From Omnitrophica WOR_2 bacterium RBG_13_41_10 (lineage in GTDB: Bacteria > Omnitrophota > Gorgyraeia > Gygaellales > Profunditerraquicolaceae): a stretch of 49,952 nt of DNA. Shown here piece by piece: positions 11,165 to 19,257 of this stretch. The stretch's first letter is position 1, and every line of letters starts with the position of its first letter. The DNA lies in assembly GCA_001805465.1 (NCBI GenBank), contig MHGH01000005.1, forward strand, positions 1 to 49,952. Direction: 5' to 3'. The notes below the pieces were generated by a model. That model was not told the origin of the DNA, ran no database searches, and was given only the letters and a program-made list of their open reading frames with translations. Both the position numbers and the translations under genes were made by a program.

Positions 11165-11407
11165 ATGACAGGCGGCAAAAAAACACCCCGGGAAGACCGC
11201 AGAGGAATAAAAATTTGCGGTGGGCAGAAAGTAGAAACCGGAAAAATTATAGGAAGAAGCATGAGCCTTTATAAGGCAGGTAAAAATGTCTCAGGTATAA
11301 ATACTTTATTTGCCTTGTGTGACGGGACAATTTATTTTTCTAAGAAAAAGACCAGCCACGGAAGGGTAAGAACCTACATCAATATCATGCCCGCAAAGAA
11401 AGCCTAA
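11165..11407 (+). CDS. Divergent ribosomal protein L27-like protein
   Basis: By eye, RRGIKICGGQKVETGKIIGRS...KAGKNVSGINTLFALCDGTIYF aligns to the L27 core (RLGVKRFGG..V..GSIIVRQRG..F.AG.NVG.G.D.TLFA..DG.V.F). A strong SD AAGGAGG lies 6 nt upstream of the ATG at 11165. The track's start at 11111 adds an implausible hydrophobic leader. Confidence 0.65.
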   Translation: MTGGKKTPREDRRGIKICGGQKVETGKIIGRSMSLYKAGKNVSGINTLFALCDGTIYFSKKKTSHGRVRTYINIMPAKKA

Positions 11408-11413
11408 AAAAGC

Positions 11414-12514
11414 TTGGAACAGGAAATATTCCACAGAGCCAAAAGATACTCCGCAACAAAATATTTCTTAGCACTTTTTGACATAGCGTATCTATTATTG
11501 TTGCTTTTTCTTTTTTTAAAGACAGGCCTATCAAAAATTTTAGTAAGTAATATCTCTAAATTTTTAGCTTATCCTTTACTTATTCCTACCTATATAATAA
11601 TCGCTTCCTTAGGATATTATATTTTGGATTTTCCTTTCAACTTTTATCGCTCATTCTTGTTAGAGCACAAATTTTCTTTGAGCACGCAGAAGGTTACGGA
11701 TTGGCTGAAAGACCAACTCAAACAATTTGGCCTATCTTATGTTATTTCCTTTATCTTGGTTGCGGCATTTTATTTTATCTTGGGGAATCTCCCCAAGATC
11801 TGGTGGCTGATAGTTTCGCTATTCTGGATATTCTTTAGCCTGATCCTAGCAAGGCTTACCCCTGTAATAATTATCCCCCTATTTTTTAAATACAAAAAAC
11901 TCTCTGATGAAACACTAAGGATGAGAATTTTAAATCTAGCCCAGAAAATGCGGGTAAAAATCTTGGATTGTTTCGAAATAGATTTCAGCAAAAAAACCCT
12001 AAAGGCCAATGCCGCTTTTGTGGGGATAGGTAAGACCAGGCGGGTGATTTTAGCCGATACCTTAAAAGATAAATATACCCATGATGAGATTGAAGTAATC
12101 CTGGCGCATGAATTTGCGCATTATAAGTTAAAGCATTTACTTAAGTTGATTTTAATTAATTCTTTAATAACAGTACTATCTTTTTATTTAATTTTTAAGA
12201 CCAGCGATTATACATTACGCTTTTTTGGTTTTGTTTCGCTGTCACAGATTGCTGCTCTGCCGGTTATCTTGATTTATTTTACGTTCTTTGGTATTATTAC
12301 CCAGCCGATAGAAGCTTACCTTAGCCGCTGTTTAGAAAGAAATGCCGATAAAATGGCATTAGAGGCAACCGGTTTAAAAGATGCTTTTGTTTCCATGATG
12401 GAGAAATTGGCTGCGCAGAATCTGGCCGATAGATCACCGCATCCCGTTATCAAGTTTTTCTTCTTTGACCATCCGCCTATCGACGAACGCATCGCCTTCG
12501 CAAAATCAACGTAA
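11414..12514 (+). CDS. M48 family zinc metallopeptidase (Ste24/HtpX-like, multi-pass membrane)
   Basis: HEFAHY zinc motif, multiple TM segments, C-terminal FFFDHPPIDERI. The predicted start is TTG. Confidence 0.82.
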   Translation: MEQEIFHRAKRYSATKYFLALFDIAYLLLLLFLFLKTGLSKILVSNISKFLAYPLLIPTYIIIASLGYYILDFPFNFYRSFLLEHKFSLSTQKVTDWLKDQLKQFGLSYVISFILVAAFYFILGNLPKIWWLIVSLFWIFFSLILARLTPVIIIPLFFKYKKLSDETLRMRILNLAQKMRVKILDCFEIDFSKKTLKANAAFVGIGKTRRVILADTLKDKYTHDEIEVILAHEFAHYKLKHLLKLILINSLITVLSFYLIFKTSDYTLRFFGFVSLSQIAALPVILIYFTFFGIITQPIEAYLSRCLERNADKMALEATGLKDAFVSMMEKLAAQNLADRSPHPVIKFFFFDHPPIDERIAFAKST

Positions 12515-12523
12515 TCTCTATAT

Positions 12524-12709
12524 TTAGCAGGTCCTGGCTTGGTTTGTTTCTCGCGGGGACGCTCTCCCCGCCCCTGCGAGGCGGAGATTCGCTCCCCTGC
12601 GGTGTCTCGCTCTCACCGACTATCTTTTAGCAGGTGAACCATGCCCGCTCGTCATCCTCGGAGGCCCCGTTCGAAATCAAACCAAGCCACCCGCTAAGAC
12701 CAGTTTTTT
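12524..12709 (+). ncRNA. Candidate structured ncRNA of unknown class (GC-rich, ~175 nt). Strand is tentative
   Basis: A perfect 12-bp closing helix (12535-12546 pairs with 12678-12689) extends outward with irregularities to 12524/12697. The interior is far more GC-rich than the flanks and holds the hairpin GCGGGGA-CGCTC-TCCCCGC (12553-12571). A T6 run lies at 12704-12709. A possible promoter is TTCGCA (12497), 16 nt, TATATT (12519). Confidence 0.35.
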
Positions 12710-12830
12710 ATTGACAGGGAATTATGCAGCAGTAAAATAATATTTATTGTAGAGGATTTATTCTAGATAATGTAGTGGCTGTATAATAGAGTGGTGCTTT
12801 GGAATATCTCATAATGGAGGAGGCGAGCAT

Positions 12831-13247
12831 ATGTTAACAGAGAAAGAAAATAAAATTATAAGAAACATTGTGAATGGAAGAATGCGTAGGATTAGAATTT
12901 ATTCTTCTGTATTTATGGCCACGGTATTTTTAATATTATTGGTATTTTCGTTAAATGTAAAAAATAAGACATCGGGCATTTTAGAGAGAACATTCGGACG
13001 ATCAGAATCTTCTTTAATGAAAATAGAAACTAAAACTAAATTGGAAGAGCGCTTAAAATCTATGTTATCAGAATCCGATAACGAATTAAAGAAGATGACT
13101 TATGCTGTTATAGTTGCAAGCATTACTTGGCGACTCATTTGGTTTGGAACTATATTTTTTATGGCAATCTTAGAACTTTGGAATTTAAATATCTTTGAGA
13201 GAATAATAAATAAATTACAGGAAGAAAGAGAAATGCGACAGGTTTAA
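12831..13247 (+). CDS. Hypothetical membrane protein
   Basis: 138-aa ORF with SD GGAGGAGG, two hydrophobic segments, and no recognisable family. Confidence 0.5.
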   Translation: MLTEKENKIIRNIVNGRMRRIRIYSSVFMATVFLILLVFSLNVKNKTSGILERTFGRSESSLMKIETKTKLEERLKSMLSESDNELKKMTYAVIVASITWRLIWFGTIFFMAILELWNLNIFERIINKLQEEREMRQV

Positions 13248-13336
13248 ATTTACTTAAGCTTAAATTTATTCCTTTTTGCCAAATTGTTAACAGATTTTAA
13301 ATTGACCATTTTCACTTAAAGTGATATTTTATAAGT

Positions 13337-13684
13337 ATGCAAGAACGCCGAAGGTTTGTCAGAATTCCGGAGAATTTGCAGATATCCTACGAAATTATGC
13401 CGAGCGTAAAAAGCGGAGCTTTTATTACCAAAAATATCAGCCAGGGCGGGATAAGATTTTTTGTCCACGATCTCATTCCTAAAAATAGTCTTTTAAAAAT
13501 AAAACTCACCATTAAAAATATACCTTTCTCTTTTGATGCCATGGTGAAACTTATCTGGATTAGAGAAGAGCCTCAGAGTGAAAGATATGAAATCGGTGTA
13601 GAATTTGTAAACCTGCCTAAAAAATCCGCAAAAACCCTTATTGCTTATATAAAAGATATCTTAGAAGTAAGTCATCGTGCATAA
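13337..13684 (+). CDS. PilZ domain protein (c-di-GMP receptor candidate)
   Basis: RRRFVRIP (RxxxR) and NISQGGIRF (D/NxSxxG) motifs at the spacing expected for PilZ. 115 aa. Confidence 0.75.
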   Translation: MQERRRFVRIPENLQISYEIMPSVKSGAFITKNISQGGIRFFVHDLIPKNSLLKIKLTIKNIPFSFDAMVKLIWIREEPQSERYEIGVEFVNLPKKSAKTLIAYIKDILEVSHRA

Positions 13685-13686
13685 GT

Positions 13687-13737
13687 TTCGACCACCCTTC
13701 CATCGACGAACGCATCGCCTTCGCAAAATCTTCGTAA
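13687..13737 (+). pseudogene. Orphan copy of the last 16 codons plus stop of the M48 peptidase gene
   Basis: It reads FDHPSIDERIAFAKSS*, against FDHPPIDERIAFAKST* at 12465-12514. The 29-nt core is identical (13702-13730 equals 12479-12507). No upstream ORF is joined to it. Confidence 0.8.
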
Positions 13738-13753
13738 TTTAATTATTTTCTGG

Positions 13754-13823
13754 GTAAATGGGGTCAGAATTATTTTTTCAGTAAATGGAGTCATAGGAAA
13801 AAAATAATTCTGACCCCATTTAC
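13754..13823. terminator. Long perfect inverted repeat (25-bp stem, 20-nt loop). Probable bidirectional terminator and a member of the GGGGTCAGAATTATTT repeat family
   Basis: 13754-13778 pairs perfectly with 13799-13823. T/A runs sit at the inner ends of the stem arms. It lies at the convergent junction between the plus-strand genes and lpxB, and the right arm overlaps the lpxB stop codon. Confidence 0.7.
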
Positions 13824-14959
13824 TTCTTGAGGAAGTTGAGGATGGTTTTGGCGGCGCGAAGAGATGCCCCTTTTTCGCCAAGCCGAGATTTGACTTGTAT
13901 AAGATTCTTTTTGATCTCTTGAAGGCGGTTAGAGTCAGCGAGAATCTTTAGGGCTTCTTCTGAGATATTGCGAGGGGTGGCTTGAAACTGGATAAATTCG
14001 GGGATAATTTTTTTACCCGCCACAATATTTACCATGCCGATATAAGGGAGCCTTACCTGTGGCCGGTAAAGCAGGTAATTTAAAAGGCTAAGTTTATAGA
14101 CTACGATAAAGGGCTTTTCTAAGATTGCAGTCTCAAGAGTGGCTGTGCCGGAGGCTACCAGGCAAAAATCAGCGGCGTTGATACAATTATAGGTTTGGCC
14201 CTCGACGATTTTTAAATCTAAATTTATTCCTTTAACTATACGCTGGTAAATACTCCATTCTACCTGCGGGGATTTAGCGATCACAAACTGCGCATTAACG
14301 ATTTTATTTTTCATTAAAAGGCACGATAACAACATTACCGGTAAAATATTTTCTATCTCTGCTTTGCGCGAACCGGGTAGAAGCGCGATTGTAGTTTTGC
14401 CTTCGGCTAACCCTGCTTTTAACAGGAACTCTTTTTTGTTTGTATCGGCTGTGATGATATCTAAAAGCGGATGCCCAGTAAATTCAACATCCACCCCGTA
14501 TTTTTTATAAAACTCCTGTTCGAATTTAAACAGCACGATCATCTTATGGATATATTTTTTAATAGTTTCAATTCTGCCAGTGCGCGATGCCCAGACTTGA
14601 GGGCCGACATAATAAATAGTAGGAATAGTTTTACGGATAGCCTTGGCTAGCCTTAAGTTAAATCCGGAAAAGTCTACCAGGATGATGGCATCCGGTTTTT
14701 CGGTGGCGATTTTCTCAAGGATAAGTTTTTTTAAGGCGAAAAAGCGGGGTAGTTTCTTTAAGACGTCAAAAAGGCCGATGACTGCTAATTCTTTTATGTC
14801 GCAGTAAATCTCTTGAGCATTTTGGCGTAACAGTGTTCCTCCGACGCCGGATATTTTTATGCGGGGGGATACTTCTTTAATGGCTTTGGCGAGTGCCCCG
14901 GCATTAAGATCGCCGGATGGCTCTCCACAAATGATCATAATCTGTTTTATTTCTGCCAT
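13820..14959 (-). CDS. lpxB: Lipid-A-disaccharide synthase
   Basis: N-terminal IICGEPSGDLNAGALA (the GE(A/P)SGD motif), GT19-like length of 379 aa, and lipid A/msbA neighbourhood. Confidence 0.9.
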   Translation of the reverse strand: MAEIKQIMIICGEPSGDLNAGALAKAIKEVSPRIKISGVGGTLLRQNAQEIYCDIKELAVIGLFDVLKKLPRFFALKKLILEKIATEKPDAIILVDFSGFNLRLAKAIRKTIPTIYYVGPQVWASRTGRIETIKKYIHKMIVLFKFEQEFYKKYGVDVEFTGHPLLDIITADTNKKEFLLKAGLAEGKTTIALLPGSRKAEIENILPVMLLSCLLMKNKIVNAQFVIAKSPQVEWSIYQRIVKGINLDLKIVEGQTYNCINAADFCLVASGTATLETAILEKPFIVVYKLSLLNYLLYRPQVRLPYIGMVNIVAGKKIIPEFIQFQATPRNISEEALKILADSNRLQEIKKNLIQVKSRLGEKGASLRAAKTILNFLKK

Positions 14960-15876
14960 ATTTGGTTTTGTATGGTAAGTGCCACAGCAAGTGCATCTTT
15001 GGCCACCGTTCCCGAAACCAGGGGCTCTTTATGTTCGATTACACAATTCAGGAATGATTCCAGCTCTTTTTGCAACGGCTGTTCTTTTTCAATGGGGAGG
15101 TTTTCTTTGCTGATAGAAAGGAGATTTTTTCTATAAACACAGGCTTTTGCCTCTTTGTAATCTAAGGATATATAGGTATTTTCCTGAAATATCCTGATTT
15201 TTCGCATGGTTTCATCCGAGACACGGCTGGCGGTAAGGTTTGCTACACATCCGTTTTCAAAAGTAATGCGGGCATTGGCAATATCTTCGAATTTTGTTAA
15301 AACCGGCACTCCTACTGCTTCGATTTTACTGACAGCGCAGTCTACTAACCCCAAAACAATATCAATATCGTGAATCATGAGGTCTAGAACTACCCCGATA
15401 TCAAGTGAGCGGTTGGGGAAAGGGCTTAAGCGGTGGCATTCGATAAATTTGGGGTTTTTGATTAGTTTATGCGTAGCATTGAATGCGGAATTAAATCTTT
15501 CTATATGGCCGACCTGCAGGATTAAATTATTTTCTTTAGCAGTTTGGATAAGTAAATCTGCCTCTTTAAGGTCTGCGGTAAAGGGTTTCTCTACCAGCAC
15601 GTGAATTTTTTCCTTTAGGAACTCTTCGGCTATTTTGTAATGCAGCTTGGTAGGTACAGCGATGCTTACTGCCTCTACCTGAGTGAAAAGTTCCCGGTAA
15701 TCCGTTTTGCCGGGTACAGCGAGGGTTTGGGATATTTCCTTCAGCCGGTTTTTATCGGTATCACAAACAGCCGCTAAATTACAGTTTTGGCTGGCTTTAT
15801 ATATTTTGGCATGGAGGCTGCCTAGATGCCCTACTCCTATTACCGCCACATTAGGTTTACGCATGAAAAAAATCAT
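14947..15876 (-). CDS. Gfo/Idh/MocA family NAD(P)-dependent oxidoreductase (possibly UDP-GlcNAc 3-dehydrogenase GnnA-like)
   Basis: N-terminal Rossmann fold VAVIGVGHLGSLHA and an EKPF motif. It overlaps lpxB by 13 nt. An alternative start lies at 15864. Confidence 0.8.
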   Translation of the reverse strand: MIFFMRKPNVAVIGVGHLGSLHAKIYKASQNCNLAAVCDTDKNRLKEISQTLAVPGKTDYRELFTQVEAVSIAVPTKLHYKIAEEFLKEKIHVLVEKPFTADLKEADLLIQTAKENNLILQVGHIERFNSAFNATHKLIKNPKFIECHRLSPFPNRSLDIGVVLDLMIHDIDIVLGLVDCAVSKIEAVGVPVLTKFEDIANARITFENGCVANLTASRVSDETMRKIRIFQENTYISLDYKEAKACVYRKNLLSISKENLPIEKEQPLQKELESFLNCVIEHKEPLVSGTVAKDALAVALTIQNQIWQK

Positions 15877-15886
15877 AGCAAACTAC

Positions 15887-15915
15887 TCGACAAAAGTCAA
15901 TCAATATGATAAAAT
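15887..15915 (+). promoter_or_regulatory. Promoter candidate for msbA in the divergent intergenic region
   Basis: TCGACA (15887-15892), 17-nt spacer, TGaTAAAAT (hexamer at 15910-15915). Confidence 0.4.
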
Positions 15916-15941
15916 GAAACACTTTTGGATAGGAGCAAAAG

Positions 15942-17723
15942 ATGCGTGATTACCTAAGGTTACTTAAATTTGTCAGGCCATACACCAGCACGTTTATTTT
16001 GGCAATAGTTTGCATGGGGTTTTCTGCTATTTTTGACGGAGTGACCCTGACTATGATGGTGCCTTTGGCAGACAAGGTTTTAACTAATAAAAGCATAATT
16101 ATCCCGTCTAAATTACCTCTTTTTCTTTCCAGATTCATCGATACCATTAACAATCTTAGCCCCGCGACTTTATTGAATTATATGGTTATAGGCATGGGGG
16201 CATTGTTTCTGCTTAAGGGGTTATTTGGTTTTCTGCAAGGATATTTAATGTCAGATATCGGCCAGCGTGTAATTAAGGATATCCGGGCTAAGTTATATGC
16301 GAAACTGCAAAGTCTGTCTTTAGATTATTTTACCCAAAAAAGAGGAGGGGAGCTGATTTCGCGTATCACCAATGATGTCAGGCTGGTAGAAAATGCGGTT
16401 TCCTATGGTGCGACTGACCTTATTTATCAGACTATGCAGGTAGCGGTATTTACGCTATTGACTTTCTTTATTTATTTCAAGATGGCGCTGGCAGCTTTTG
16501 TGCTTTTGCCGTTAATAAGCTTCCCGATTATTGCAGTAGGCAGGGTCTTAAGGAAACTCTCTAAGAAATCCCAGGAGAAGATGGCGGATATAAATTCCCT
16601 GCTTTATGAAACTATTATCGGCACCAGGATTGTCAAGGCCTTTAATATGGAGGATTATGAAATCGCCAGATTCAACCATATAAACCGTGACTATTACAAG
16701 CTTTCTATGAAATCCATAAAGCGCATGCTTGCCTTAGGCCCGAGTACGGAGTTCTTAGGGGCTATCGCCGGAATAGTAGTTTTTTTCTGGGGGGGCAAGG
16801 AAGTGATTGCCGGAAGGATTTCTTTTGGCGTATTCGGCTTATTTTTAGGGTCTCTGTTATCTTTGATCAGGCCTTTTAAGAAATTAAGCCAGGTAAATTC
16901 CCTTAATGAACAGGCAATAGCAGCCAGTGAGCGTATTTATGAAGTCTTAGATACCAAACCCACGGTGCAGGAGAAGTCAGGTGCCGCGGAATTAACCGGA
17001 TTTAGAGAGTCAATAGTCTTTGATAAGGTTTGGTTTAGTTATGGCAGCCAGGATATACTGAAAGATATAAATTTAACCGTAAAAAAAGGCGAAATTGTCG
17101 CTATAGTAGGCCCTAGCGGCGTAGGTAAGACTACCCTAGTAGATCTGATCCCGCGTTTTTATGATCCCAAGAGAGGAGGAATGCTTATCGATGGTACAGA
17201 TATAAAAGAATTTACTTTCAAATCCTTGCGCCAGCAGATTGCCATAGTGACACAGGAGACTATACTTTTTAATGATACTATCAGGGCTAATATCGCCTAC
17301 GGAAAAGCCGATGCTAAGCAAGAACAAATAGTCGCGGCTGCGCGAGGAGCCCATGCCCATGATTTTATTATAAAAGCTCCTTTAGGCTATGAGACAATTA
17401 TAGGGGACAGGGGCACAAAACTTTCAGGAGGCGAGCGCCAAAGGATTGCCATTGCCAGAGCTTTGCTGAAAAACCCGCCTATTTTAATCCTCGATGAGGC
17501 CACGTCACAACTGGATACTGAGTCAGAGCATGTTGTTCAGGAAGCCTTGGAGGTGTTGATGCAGGGGCGCACCGTATTTATCATTGCCCACAGGCTTTCT
17601 ACGGTCAGGAACGCCCATAGGATAGTAGTCTTTGATAAGGGTATGATTGTAGAAGAGGGCAGCCACGAAGAATTACTGCGCCATAACGGGTTATATAAAA
17701 GGCTTTATCAGGTACAAAATTAA
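15942..17723 (+). CDS. msbA: ABC transporter permease/ATPase, lipid A exporter MsbA-like
   Basis: Six-TM N-terminal domain, Walker A GPSGVGKTT, signature LSGGERQRIAIARAL, Walker B ILILDEATS. Adjacent to lpxB. Confidence 0.85.
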   Translation: MRDYLRLLKFVRPYTSTFILAIVCMGFSAIFDGVTLTMMVPLADKVLTNKSIIIPSKLPLFLSRFIDTINNLSPATLLNYMVIGMGALFLLKGLFGFLQGYLMSDIGQRVIKDIRAKLYAKLQSLSLDYFTQKRGGELISRITNDVRLVENAVSYGATDLIYQTMQVAVFTLLTFFIYFKMALAAFVLLPLISFPIIAVGRVLRKLSKKSQEKMADINSLLYETIIGTRIVKAFNMEDYEIARFNHINRDYYKLSMKSIKRMLALGPSTEFLGAIAGIVVFFWGGKEVIAGRISFGVFGLFLGSLLSLIRPFKKLSQVNSLNEQAIAASERIYEVLDTKPTVQEKSGAAELTGFRESIVFDKVWFSYGSQDILKDINLTVKKGEIVAIVGPSGVGKTTLVDLIPRFYDPKRGGMLIDGTDIKEFTFKSLRQQIAIVTQETILFNDTIRANIAYGKADAKQEQIVAAARGAHAHDFIIKAPLGYETIIGDRGTKLSGGERQRIAIARALLKNPPILILDEATSQLDTESEHVVQEALEVLMQGRTVFIIAHRLSTVRNAHRIVVFDKGMIVEEGSHEELLRHNGLYKRLYQVQN

Positions 17724-17732
17724 GAAAAATAG

Positions 17733-17762
17733 TTGTATTTTATAAAAAATTTGTGTTATACT
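17733..17762 (+). promoter_or_regulatory. Promoter candidate for the rpsB-tsf-pyrH-frr operon
   Basis: TTGTAT (17733-17738), 18-nt spacer, extended -10 TGtTATACT (hexamer at 17757-17762). Confidence 0.45.
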
Positions 17763-17830
17763 TATTGTTTTAACAAGGGTAAAAACATGGTATTTTAAGG
17801 CGTTTTTGTCAATGAAAGGGGGGTGTTGTT

Positions 17831-18709
17831 TTGCCTACAGAATTAATTAAACAGTTTTTAGAAGCAGGGGTGCATTTTGGCCACCGTACCTCACGTTGGA
17901 ACCCCAAAATGAAAGAGTTTATCTTTGGGCAGAGGAGCGGCATTTATATTATTGATTTGGAAAAAACCGAGGAGTATTTTAATAAAGCCAGGGATTTTCT
18001 TCTGGATATAACCGCAAAAGGGGAAATGGTCATGTTTGTAGGGACTAAGAAACAAGCCCAGGCCATTGTCCAGGAGCAGGCCATACGTTGCGGTATGTAT
18101 TATGTAACTGAGCGCTGGCCGGGTGGTTTGCTGACTAACTTCTCAACCATAAAGAACAGTATTAATCGCCTCAAAGAAATAGAAAAAATGCGGGAAGATG
18201 GCACTTTCCAGAAGCTTACTAAGAAAGAAGTAGCCTCTCTTGAGACAGAGTACGCAAAATTAAAGAAAAATTTCTCCGGGATCATTCAGATGGAACGTAT
18301 GCCTAAGGCTATATTTATCGTGGACACCAAGAAAGAAGAGACTGCGGCCAAAGAAGCAAAGCGCCTGAATATCCCGATTGTCAGCCTGATAGATACTAAT
18401 TCGGACCCCACAGCCGTGGCCTACCCTATTCCGGGCAATGACGATGCTACTAAATCCATAAAGCTCATTGTCGGTTTGATTGCCGAGGCAGTAATCGAAG
18501 GAAGAAAGAAATTCTTATCGTATCTGTCGGAAAGCGGAGTTGCCGTGGAAAAAGAAAAGGAAAAACAGGAGTTACCGGTAATACTTTCCGAGGAAGAGGT
18601 AAAAATAAAAGAAATCGGGGAGATGATAGAGACTGCGGTAATCCCTCCCGAAGAAGCCAAGCCCGTTAAGAAGGGGCGCGTTAAAGAAACGTATCGCAAG
18701 AAAGAATAA
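17831..18709 (+). CDS. rpsB: 30S ribosomal protein S2 with a C-terminal E/K-rich extension
   Basis: AGVHFGHRTSRWNPKM and the rest of the conserved S2 core. TTG start. The ~60-aa acidic/lysine-rich tail lies beyond the usual end. Confidence 0.93.
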   Translation: MPTELIKQFLEAGVHFGHRTSRWNPKMKEFIFGQRSGIYIIDLEKTEEYFNKARDFLLDITAKGEMVMFVGTKKQAQAIVQEQAIRCGMYYVTERWPGGLLTNFSTIKNSINRLKEIEKMREDGTFQKLTKKEVASLETEYAKLKKNFSGIIQMERMPKAIFIVDTKKEETAAKEAKRLNIPIVSLIDTNSDPTAVAYPIPGNDDATKSIKLIVGLIAEAVIEGRKKFLSYLSESGVAVEKEKEKQELPVILSEEEVKIKEIGEMIETAVIPPEEAKPVKKGRVKETYRKKE

Positions 18710-18732
18710 ATAGATAGAAAGGAAAATAGGTA

Positions 18733-19257
18733 ATGAAAGTATCTTTAGATGCCATTAAGGAATTACGGCAAAAAACCAATGCCAGTATTTCCGACTGCCG
18801 GAAAGCCCTGGAAGAGGCTGGCAGCGATATCAAGAAGGCGGTTGAATTATTGCGTAAGCGGGGCCTGGAGATAGCGGCAAAAAAACAGGATCGCCTGGCC
18901 AAAGAAGGCAGGATTGAGGCCTATGTGCACCACGGCAATAAGATCGGCGTCTTATTAGAGGTAAGCTCCGAGACGGATTTTGTCGCCCGCAACAGCGACT
19001 TCTGCCAATTTACTAAAGACCTAGCCATGCAGATTGCCGCCTGTAATCCCCAGTACATAAAAAGAGAAGACGTGCCCGCTGGTGTCATAGAAAAATATAA
19101 AGATAAAGAACAGTTTTATAAAGAGCATTGTTTATTGGAACAAGCCTTTATTAAGGATCCCGCCCTTACCATCAAAGATTGCTTAGGGTCTTTGATCGTG
19201 AAGGTCGGGGAGAACATAGTTATACGCAGATTTACACGTTATAAAGTGGGCGAGTAA
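18733..19257 (+). CDS. tsf: Elongation factor Ts (short form)
   Basis: N-terminal UBA-like [37 protein letters not shown] and a conserved core. 174 aa. Synteny rpsB-tsf. Confidence 0.9.
   Translation: MKVSLDAIKELRQKTNASISDCRKALEEAGSDIKKAVELLRKRGLEIAAKKQDRLAKEGRIEAYVHHGNKIGVLLEVSSETDFVARNSDFCQFTKDLAMQIAACNPQYIKREDVPAGVIEKYKDKEQFYKEHCLLEQAFIKDPALTIKDCLGSLIVKVGENIVIRRFTRYKVGE

Noticed and set aside
12524-12709. Assigning the GC-rich element to SRP RNA, RNase P RNA or tmRNA.
   Set aside because: - It has no GGAA-capped helix 8 with AGCA/GGA loops; only a chance CAGGUCC is present.
- It has no GAGGAAAGUCC-type RNase P motif.
- It has no tRNA-like ends or tag ORF.
- 6S remains possible on size and shape alone, so the class is left open.
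13672-13881. Minus-strand 69-aa ORF across the long hairpin, and the plus-strand 63-aa ORF at 45035-45226 across repeat copy 3.
   Set aside because: Both are translations of the palindromic repeat. They overlap better-supported genes (lpxB and the membrane protein at 44592-45140), and they have no SD or family resemblance.
15707-15949. Plus-strand 80-aa ORF spanning the lpxB-operon/msbA divergent region.
   Set aside because: It lies mostly antisense to the N-terminus of the oxidoreductase gene, has no SD or recognisable domain, and ends just inside the start of msbA.
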